Shown: positions 56,591 through 64,000 of the stretch, in pieces
How the letters are laid out: each line of letters starts with the position of its first letter
How positions within the stretch are numbered: position 1 is the first letter of the stretch
Sequence record: LC373201.2
DNA: 64,000 bases
Direction: 5' to 3' (one strand)
Source: Enterobacter phage EspM4VN
The notes under the pieces: model-generated
Seen by the model: the letters and a program-made list of their open reading frames with translations, nothing else
Database searches by the model: none
Told to the model about the DNA's origin: nothing
Program-made: the position numbers and the translations under genes

Positions 56591-57276
56591 ATGAAACGTT
56601 TAATCCTCGGGTTGTGCTGGCTGGTCTGGCATTACCCGCCGCTGCCAAGCTGAACTCCACAGGTGACAAACTGTGGTCTGATCTTTCCTACTGTGCTGGG
56701 TTCTCCCAGGCAGTTGCCATCGATAAGTCTGGTTCCATAGAGAACTTTGCTGAACTCTGGAACACAGGCAACGTCTCAACCGCTGTGGTCAACGCTGGGA
56801 TTGAGTTCAACCGTTACAAACAGGGAGCCTATAACCTCAAGGGCTACCTAAATGACGATGAATTTAATCGAGGAGGCATGGAGGCAGGCGATTTGATCAT
56901 GACTGGCCGAATGGGCACACAAGGTCGCATAAAGGTGAGAGAGTGCCGTTCGCTCCCTTCTCCGGCATTACAGAAGGGTGTGCAGATAGGCCGCCGTCAC
57001 CTGAACCTGATCAACGATGGCAACCAGTGCATCAAGGTCTTCGAATACAGCGCCACACAGACCTCTGATCGTGTCCTGAAGAAGGAATGGCGCACCCGCG
57101 CTCTCGGCCTCAGAGCCTGGTTGGTAGAGAATGACCGTTATTTTGAGGATCGTGTTCAGAACGGCCTGAAAGATCTGGCCACTGACCTGAGCGTGAACCT
57201 TGATGACCCTCGCATGTCACACGAACTCCAGCAGACTCGTGTCGACTGCGACAATATGATGAAGGAGAACGAATGA
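56591..57276 (+). CDS. periplasmic protein; the signal-peptide start (MKRLILG) is out of frame with the body (-1) at about 56609-56614
   Basis: A strong AAGGAG RBS and ATG 56591 give MKRLILGLCWLVWHYPPLPS*. The -1 frame continues VVLAGLALPAAAKLNSTG ..., a continuous signal peptide, and runs to 57276. Confidence 0.4.
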
Positions 57277-57605
57277 TGTTACGCAAAATCATCCTCCTGC
57301 TGTTGCTGGCTGTTGTCGTGAGTTACGTTGCTGGTGCGTATGCAGCACCGCCGTCTAAGCTGAACACGTGTGCGGCTTGGATGAACACGTATCAACAGTT
57401 CCATCCAGACGACAAGGACACTTCCATTCTTCTGTCTGACTTCGAGGGTGAGATGAAGCGCCTAGACCTGTTCAGCGTGGACGAGATTGAGAATGCTCTG
57501 GACCTACCCATGATGCTGTCTGCCGCCGATAACAGTCCACAGACGAAGAAAGATCTGATGTATTGTCGTGGAATTGCTCAGGACTTTGTCGGCTTTCAAA
57601 AATAA
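57273..57605 (+). CDS. secreted protein (signal peptide MMLRKIILLLLLAVVVSYVAGAYA)
   Basis: Signal peptide. ATGA-coupled to the upstream gene. Confidence 0.45.
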   Translation: MMLRKIILLLLLAVVVSYVAGAYAAPPSKLNTCAAWMNTYQQFHPDDKDTSILLSDFEGEMKRLDLFSVDEIENALDLPMMLSAADNSPQTKKDLMYCRGIAQDFVGFQK

Positions 57606-57654
57606 GTTTCGGGTTAAAATTTAGCCCTACATTGAACTGAAGGAATACACTGTG

Positions 57655-58581
57655 ATGCTCCCGACCAAATCAATCGCTGCGGCGATTATCGAAAAGAATA
57701 AGGCTTTTGCCCCCAACACAGCCAAAGTTATGTTGGTGCACGAAGACGCTCGCGTGATCTTCGCTGAGAAGTTCGAGATGGGCGCAAAGTTCTGGTATGC
57801 CGACAACTTGCGTGAGAGCAAACTTCAGGGCATCATCCACAAACTGACTCTGGTCGCCAAGCGCAATGACCAGGGTGATTGGGTGGGTGTTTCCGACTTC
57901 AGTACGAAGATCACGCCAAAGGCTCCGCTTTCTCGTCAAGAGCGCGTGCTGCAAGCCCAAGAAAAGCTACGGCTGGCAAGAGGTGCACCGAAGGCGAAAC
58001 CGGATGCAAGTCCTGTTATAACGCCTGCCACCAAACTGCCTCCGGTGAGCGAAAAGTCTGTTGAGCAATATGCGGAGAAGCGCAAGGGTGTGGTGAAACC
58101 AGAGAATGGTCACGCAGTTGTCAAGACCGACAAGACTGTAGAACCCTTTAAGGATTCTTCAAAATCAGCTGTTGAAGTCGTTTCAGCAGTAACTGATGTT
58201 GTCAACAAAGTGCGCCAAGACATGGTTGCGCTGGGTACTCTGGATGATCCATCCGAATTCATCTCCCTGCGTGAACTTGAGCCGCCTGCTCGCCGTCGCA
58301 TTGCCAACGAAATGTTTGTGTCCTTCAGGCCGGACGGGAAGATCATCCTGTGCAAAGCCCTGCGCGATGCACTCCCGTGGACAACTCTGAACATGATGGT
58401 GACACGCGACTTCAAGCGCTTCGGCATCATGCAAGGCAAGGACTACAATGTGAATCAGAGCGGGACTTATGTCAATCGTGCCATGTGCGACAAGCTAACC
58501 TTCCCAGAAGATGCCGGAACGATCCGCGTCGTTCTGACCTGGGACGACAAGCTGAACATGTATGTTGGTGAATTCCAATAA
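57655..58581 (+). CDS. hypothetical protein (308 aa)
   Basis: AAGGAA RBS before ATG 57655. Confidence 0.45.
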   Translation: MLPTKSIAAAIIEKNKAFAPNTAKVMLVHEDARVIFAEKFEMGAKFWYADNLRESKLQGIIHKLTLVAKRNDQGDWVGVSDFSTKITPKAPLSRQERVLQAQEKLRLARGAPKAKPDASPVITPATKLPPVSEKSVEQYAEKRKGVVKPENGHAVVKTDKTVEPFKDSSKSAVEVVSAVTDVVNKVRQDMVALGTLDDPSEFISLRELEPPARRRIANEMFVSFRPDGKIILCKALRDALPWTTLNMMVTRDFKRFGIMQGKDYNVNQSGTYVNRAMCDKLTFPEDAGTIRVVLTWDDKLNMYVGEFQ

Positions 58582-58637
58582 TCAATAACCTCGGGCGGCT
58601 TATCATAAGGTCGCCCTTTCATTTGAGAGACTATATC

Positions 58638-59289
58638 ATGGAAAAACTTTATTCTATCATCGTCGGTCCTGATCCTGACGGATTATTCTTCGCGCCGTTG
58701 TCTTATATTGCCCACGCCCGTATCGGCAGCCATTATGCATATTGCACACATGGCCACGACGGTTCCAACGTCCTCCATTATGGTCGTTTTAACGATTTTC
58801 TGGCTCTTCAACCTGAAGATGTTGTGTTGGCGCGTCGCGTGTTCATCGATTTCAACGCGATGCACAACAACGAAATCGACGCTCGCTACCATGCCATGCG
58901 TTCTATGGAAGGGCGAGACTGCATTTACCGTGTCGACCATTTTGGTGAGTTTGCCCAATCGATCGATTGGTTCGTTTCGGACAAGACATTGGGCGACGAC
59001 TCCGTGGGCGCATGCAGAACAACTTCGCGTGTCTACCGATGCGTACAAAGAAGTCGACAATCTGTGCAACAAGTTCCGCATCTCCGTGACCTGTAATCAA
59101 GACCTCGGCGAAGTGGTTCAATGGACGGCGCAGTCTCCTCACTTCAGTGACCTGGTGATGCGAGCTGAAACACGTTCCCGCGCTGTCGTTCAGTTGGTTC
59201 TGTGGGCGTTCTACCAGCGCACCCCATTCTCCTATATGGGGCAGAAAGCGATTGATGAACTCCTGAAGTCTCACGCGGTGGAGGTGTAA
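58638..59289 (+). CDS. hypothetical protein; apparent +1 frameshift (1-nt insertion) near 59007-59012 splits it into two overlapping ORFs
   Basis: Frame 0 (MEKLYSIIVG ... DKTLGDDSVG) is protein-like and then degenerates into R-rich junk. Frame +1 is junk upstream but protein-like downstream (HAEQLRVSTDAYKEV ... KAIDELLKSHAVEV). It ends TAA 59287-59289, coupled to ATG 59291 of the next gene. Confidence 0.4.
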
Positions 59290-59290
59290 C

Positions 59291-59740
59291 ATGGGTGGTG
59301 TATGGTGTGATGTCTTGCTGGTTCGCTACAGCATAAATGGGACCACGCAAGTGTGTTCCGCCTTCTATCCAGTTCCATTCTCTTCTGGCGGCCTGACGGT
59401 TCAGCGAGTTCTCGATATTGAAGCAGAACTGAACAAACGATCTTGGGGTGTGCGTGATGTGCAAGTCCTGGGGTACGATCTTCTGAATGAAATGTTGGTT
59501 GAAGAAGACAAAGTTGAGACTGTCATTGGTCGCCCAGAGATGCAGGTCTTGATGAATCTGGCTGGCACCGAAACAACCGAAGTCGAAACGGTGTCTGCGC
59601 CTGTCATACCAACACAGGAACGCCTTAACGCCATCGCCGGATTATTCAAGGATGGTTTTTGTGATGACCGCATGGCTCACGAGATCTATGCCGTCGCACT
59701 GGGCATTGAAGATGCCCAAATGCGTGATAACCGATCATAA
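59291..59740 (+). CDS. hypothetical protein (149 aa)
   Basis: Coupled start (TAACATG). Confidence 0.4.
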   Translation: MGGVWCDVLLVRYSINGTTQVCSAFYPVPFSSGGLTVQRVLDIEAELNKRSWGVRDVQVLGYDLLNEMLVEEDKVETVIGRPEMQVLMNLAGTETTEVETVSAPVIPTQERLNAIAGLFKDGFCDDRMAHEIYAVALGIEDAQMRDNRS

Positions 59741-59832
59741 TTTTTCGCTTTATTCAATATGTTTTGTTAGGTAAGCTGTAGTCCTCTTGTAGTGAACATG
59801 AAAGTAAACATTAACCCAACGGAGAAATCCAG

Positions 59833-60111
59833 ATGAATCGTACTGAATTTGTTGCCCACATTGCTTCGACCCAGAACATCACCAAAGGCGAAGCGGAGAA
59901 AGTAGTGGCATCCTTTATCGACGGCGTTAAAACTGCAGTTGCTGCAGGCGCATCTGTACAGCTGGTCGGCTTCGGCGCGTTCGAAGTGAAGCACCAGGAA
60001 GCTCGTGAAGGTCGTAACCCTCTGAACGGTCAGACCATTCAGATCGAAGCGAAAAACGTTGTGAAATTCAAAGTGGGCGAAGGTCTGAAGAACGCTGCCA
60101 ACGGCAAGTAA
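59833..60111 (+). CDS. hup: HU/IHF-family DNA-binding protein
   Basis: MNRTEFVAHIA ... KVVASFIDGV ... GFGAFEVKHQEAREGRNPLNGQTIQIEAKNVVKFKVGEGLK matches the HU signature (GFG.F ... R.GRNP.TG ... I ... F ... G..LK). Confidence 0.85.
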   Translation: MNRTEFVAHIASTQNITKGEAEKVVASFIDGVKTAVAAGASVQLVGFGAFEVKHQEAREGRNPLNGQTIQIEAKNVVKFKVGEGLKNAANGK

Positions 60112-60162
60112 TTCAACCTGGTTCGGTCCGACCTCTGCAACGCAGGGGTGTGACAAAAGAGA

Positions 60163-60198
60163 AAGCCGGAGTACAATGCTCCGGCTTTTTCTTTCTTG
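60163..60198 (+). terminator. strong intrinsic terminator (AAGCCGGAG-TACAATG-CTCCGGCTT, then TTTTCTTTCTT)
   Basis: 9-bp stem and a long U-run after the HU gene. Confidence 0.8.
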
Positions 60199-60240
60199 GG
60201 AATCGGGTAAACTATAGGCGAATCCCATAGGAGGAAGCAA

Positions 60241-61958
60241 GTGACAGCATTCAATCAATATACCAAGGCGCTTGATGGCGTCGGACCAGTCAGCATAGAC
60301 CGCATCAAGTCTCTTGCCGCTGAGTTCTTCCCATACGACACCGCCAACCCAGGACAGATGGAATGCATCGTTGAAGCCGTGGACGCCCTTTTGAACAAGA
60401 AGGTCAAACACGTGATCATCGAGGCTCCGACTGGTGTGGGTAAATCCTCATCGGCACTACCATTCATAATGTGCTTCGCCATCTGGTTCTTGAGCGCAAT
60501 CCGTATGGCCAGTTCCGCACGTCTATCACGACGCCGACCAAAGGTCTGCAGGATCAGTATGCGGCGGAGAAAGCCGTGGCGATAGACATCCTGAAGGGCA
60601 AGAAGAACTATCGTTGCCATATCAGCCCTGACCTGTACTACAACGCCATCCAGTGCCGTATGGCATGCCGTGACGGCCACTGTAACAAGAATCGTTGCCC
60701 ATATGTTCAGGCTCGTCGCCTGTGGACGGATATCTCTTCCCTGCGCTGCACCAACGCCGCCATGATGGTGGAGATGTGTACGACGATCTGTATGAAGCCC
60801 GAAAACCGCGCCGATATGCTGATCCTTGACGAGTGCCATAAAATGCCCTCTACGCTCCTAGAGCACACGATCATGGAATACAGTATAAATGCTGTAAGGG
60901 GGTTGCTTACAATCCCCGAGGGAGTGCCTATCGTGGAGACCATCACGGATATCGTCAGGCGCACAGAAAACTATGAGCTGGGCAAGCTGTACTCGCTGAC
61001 AGGTGAGATGCATGCGATATTTGACGACCTGCATGAAAAGGTTGAATCCCTGTTGGAAACTCTTGAGGAACTGGTAGAAGACGAGCGCCTGACGGAAGCC
61101 CAGGTGATGAAGCTGTCTGACATCATTGATACTCTTCACAACCTCAGCGACTACTGCGGCATCATGGGGCAAACCAACGCCAGCACCTTCATCGTACAGG
61201 AGAAAGACAAGGGCATGATTCAGTTCAAGCCTGTCATCGCCTCTGACGTGTCCCAGTTCGGCCTGTTCCGCAAAGGCGACTATCATGTTCATATGTCGGC
61301 AACGATCTGTGGGATTGAGTCCTATGCTCGTTCCCTGGGCATCCGTGAGGGTGAGTACCACAAGATTCAAATCGGCAACCCAATCCCGATAGAGAACCGG
61401 AAGGTCAACTACATGCCCATCATGAAGATGACAGCGAACATGGGTGACTACGAGATGAAGAAGCTGGCCGAATACGTGGATGAGATCATCGCATTCCATC
61501 CTGGTCAGTCTGGCATCATTCACACAGTCAGCTACGACCGCGCCCTGGCTCTACAGAAGTTCAGCAAGTACAGGAATATGATTCACGTTCCTCGTACTCG
61601 TAAGGCTCTGATGGATATCATGGAACAAGCGTTCAGGACGAAGACGCCTTGTGTCATCGCCAGTCCGGCTATGGAGGAGGGGTATGACTTCAAAGGCGAT
61701 TACAGTCGCTTCCAGATCCTGATCAAGGTTCCATACGATTACCTTGGTGATCCTCTGGTGGCTCACGTTAACAGTGTGGACCCATCGGCGTACTTCAGGA
61801 TGGCGGTACTGCGTATCGTTCAGATGTGTGGGCGTTCGGTCAGGGGCGTGAATGACTGGGCTGCGACATACATCCTTGATTCTTCTTTTGAATCACTGAT
61901 GATGCGCAACCCAGAGTTCTTCCCCGCTTGGTTCACTGATGCCGTGTTCGAGGTTTAG
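60241..61958 (+). pseudogene. DinG/XPD (Rad3)-family Fe-S helicase interrupted by a -1 frameshift between Walker A and motif Ia (about 60444-60475); either a genuine pseudogene or a sequencing indel
   Basis: Frame 1 encodes PGQMECIVEAVDALL ... IIEAPTGVGKSSSALPF (Walker A) and then junk. The -1 frame is opened by TAA 60441-60443 and continues LRHLVLERNPYGQFRTSITTPTKGLQDQY (motif Ia). It then carries the Fe-S cysteines (CHISPD ... CRMACRDGHCNKNRCPYVQ), DECH (LILDECH) and C-terminal helicase motifs. No slippery site. Confidence 0.6.
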
Positions 61959-62722
61959 TAACCAGCAACGAACGACAGATGGCACTTGACGTTCGGTTCC
62001 AGTGATGTCACAGAAACCGTCATACTGTCCGTATCTTGGCTGAAGTTAATCTCGGCGAGTGGTTTGGTCTGCACATGGTTGTACGTGCTGTAGAACAGAT
62101 CCTCGCCGCGATACCCGACTTTTCCGTCGGTGTCCTGCCAATGGCCCAGTGTCTCATCGTAGACATGCACTCGGAACTCAATCATATGGAAGAGCGCCTT
62201 GGGGATGTCCTTGAGTACGCTGGTGCCAATCACAGGCATCTCAATGGAAGAGTCATTGGAGTTCCCTTCATAGACCGAAGCCCATGCAAAGGTGGGATCT
62301 CCCCCAGCAACAGGGGTTCGCTTCCAGTATTGGAACTCAGGGTTGCCTGAAGTGTTCTTCTGAAGTAGAATGACCTCGCCACCTGTGAAGTTCGTGGTGT
62401 CAATGTCATCTCGCTCAAGTTCATCGGCCGGAGATCCAATAAATTTCCAGCCTTCGCGATCCAGAAGAGACTTATAATAGTCGGTGAACACGTTGCTGTC
62501 TTCTGCGGCGTTGATGGCGTCTTTGAGGCCTTCGCCAGTCACCATCTCGTTGAGACGGAGCCACATGTCTTTGACGGCGGACGCAGCTGCGACCTGCCCA
62601 ACAGTCCCACCTGCAGTGTAATCATAGACGATATCAGTCAGCTTGATAGCGTCATTGATAGACAAGAGCAGTTGCTCAATCTGCGGTGCGGTGAGACTGA
62701 AACGATATGCGCGGGGTGCCAT
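61955..62722 (-). CDS. hypothetical protein (256 aa) on the opposite strand, divergent from rnh
   Basis: Minus-strand ATG at 62722 with a GAAAGAGGA RBS. The ORF track extends the ORF further upstream without RBS support. Confidence 0.5.
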   Translation of the reverse strand: MAPRAYRFSLTAPQIEQLLLSINDAIKLTDIVYDYTAGGTVGQVAAASAVKDMWLRLNEMVTGEGLKDAINAAEDSNVFTDYYKSLLDREGWKFIGSPADELERDDIDTTNFTGGEVILLQKNTSGNPEFQYWKRTPVAGGDPTFAWASVYEGNSNDSSIEMPVIGTSVLKDIPKALFHMIEFRVHVYDETLGHWQDTDGKVGYRGEDLFYSTYNHVQTKPLAEINFSQDTDSMTVSVTSLEPNVKCHLSFVAGY

Positions 62723-62767
62723 AGTTTCATTCCTCTTTCTATAAAACCAGTTTGGGATATTTATATC

Positions 62768-63295
62768 ATGATAGAAATTTATTCTGACGGGGGTTCTAAC
62801 CCGAAGACCAACCAGGCCGCAGGCTGGGCATTTGCCATTAAGCCGATGTCGGGTATGCAATGGAAGGTATTCTTCGGTCACCTGCCTCCTCCGTCCACAA
62901 ACAACATCGCCGAATTGTTAGGTGTCACCAATGCATTGAAGCTGCTGTGGGCATTCTCTGGAAAGGGTGAGCGCAGCATACCGGACGTCCGCATCTGGTC
63001 CGATAGCCAATACACCATCAAGAGCGTCACTGAATGGCGAGCGAAGTGGGAGTATCAGGGCTTCCCAGACAAGAACGTTGATCTCATCAAAGATCTGTTC
63101 AGAATCTATGATCTCGTTTGTTCAATTTGTGAAGTTGAACTAAAATGGGTTAAAGGTCATGCGGGTGTTGAAGGTAACGAAATCGCTGACACTTGGGCCA
63201 CCGCCGCCAAGAACGACAGCAACTTCCTGATAGAGAATGAAAGGATCTCTGTGAAGAAAGTTGTTGGATCTTTTGATGAATTTATCGGTATCTGA
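62768..63295 (+). CDS. rnh: ribonuclease H
   Basis: MIEIYSDGGS ... AGWAF ... NNIAELLGVTNALKLL ... IWSDSQYTIKSVTEWRAKWEYQGF ... KWVKGHAGVEGNEIADTWA carries the RNase HI catalytic motifs (D, E, D, D). Confidence 0.85.
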   Translation: MIEIYSDGGSNPKTNQAAGWAFAIKPMSGMQWKVFFGHLPPPSTNNIAELLGVTNALKLLWAFSGKGERSIPDVRIWSDSQYTIKSVTEWRAKWEYQGFPDKNVDLIKDLFRIYDLVCSICEVELKWVKGHAGVEGNEIADTWATAAKNDSNFLIENERISVKKVVGSFDEFIGI

Positions 63296-63307
63296 GGGTT
63301 CCCACAA

Positions 63308-64000
63308 TGGGTATGAATTATGTTGATCGTGGCGAGAATGTCGTCAAATATTTCACGGACGAAGATAACGAGCGTGTCATCAGTATCCTTCGTGATTGGA
63401 TCCCCGCTCGCAAGAAAGCACTTGCCGAGGGCACCAGGCTTCCAAAGATCCCCAACTATGTTGCTCTGCAGGTCCAGCGCATCATCACCAAGATGAGCAC
63501 CCGCTACAACTATCGTGATTATCCCTTCCGCGAAGACATGGTCTCCGAAGCAATCGTCAACATCCTGCGTTACCTCCACACTTTCGACGTCGGCCACATT
63601 GGAAAGAAAGGGAAGATCAACTTCTTCTCTTGGGTGACCATGTGCGCTGATCGATCATTCGCCCGTAAGCTGAACATCGAAGAAGAGCACACGTACATCA
63701 AATTGCGCTCCTTTGAAGAGGCGGGTGGGTTCGCAGGCCTGGCCGACGACCCCGACTTCCAACAAGAAACCTTCGTCGATGCCACAGGGATTGGTATGGA
63801 CTTCCGTGAACGCATCGGCAACTTTGAGAACAAGAAGGACGCTCAAAGACAGAAGGAAAGGGAGAAGGTGGAGACAGCCCGCGCCGCCGAATCGAACAAA
63901 AAGATTGCGAAAGGCATACTTCAATACATGTCCCAGGGTAAGAATACCCCAACAGCACAGGCCGAAGACGATTCAGATCAGGACTTTGGCAAAACCCAAT
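63308..64000 (+). CDS. gp55: late-transcription sigma factor, T4 gp55 homologue (5' partial; open to the window end)
   Basis: ILRDWIPARKKALAEGTRLPKIPNYVALQVQRIITKMSTRYNYRDYPFREDMVSEAIVNILRYLHTFD aligns with T4 gp55 IIDWKTELANNK ... [48 protein letters not shown]. The ORF is absent from the track because there is no stop within the window. Confidence 0.75.

Noticed and set aside
1-64000. tRNA genes, CRISPR arrays, transposase/IS elements, group I introns
   Set aside because: No tRNA-like cloverleaf candidates (GTTC ... anticodon-stem patterns) were found in the few intergenic gaps. No spaced direct repeats. No transposase or integrase-like ORFs. No intron-like non-coding insertions inside conserved genes. 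The only intervening element is the intein.

Overview
This 64 kb window is a densely coding, almost entirely plus-strand segment of a large virulent T4-superfamily myovirus genome. The receptor-binding module points to Ackermannviridae (ViI/CBA120-like phages): four modular tailspike genes plus a fibre protein, with the 'MNPQF.QPKGS' anchor N-termini and shared internal XD-like domains.

The gene order follows the T4 late region (T4 gene-product numbering): gp13, gp14, gp15, small terminase, large terminase, tail sheath gp18, tail tube gp19, portal gp20, prohead core proteins gp67/gp68, prohead protease gp21, scaffold gp22 and major capsid gp23. A block of small unknown genes follows. Next come a PD-(D/E)xK nuclease, a UvsW helicase, the sliding clamp gp45, clamp loader gp44/62 and RegA. 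An accessory block then carries a Prs-like plus NAMPT gene pair, a vWA protein, an ACP-like protein, DenV, periplasmic/secreted proteins, HU, a DinG/XPD-like helicase, RNase H and the start of the late sigma factor gp55.

The most notable features are:
- a 159-aa mini-intein inserted exactly in the Walker-A P-loop of the large terminase;
- a recurring late-promoter module in which CTAAATAC(CCC) is embedded in a near-perfect palindrome just upstream of structural genes;
- a Prs-like/NAMPT gene pair that resembles the phage NAD+ reconstitution (anti-defence) pathways;
- an acyl-carrier-protein homologue in which the phosphopantetheine-attachment serine is replaced by glutamate;
- a lipoprotein gene on the opposite strand inside the late region;
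- at least five apparent single-nucleotide frameshifts inside otherwise conserved genes, including the essential tail tube gene. This pattern looks like indel errors in the assembly rather than biology.

No tRNA genes, CRISPR arrays or transposons were seen.
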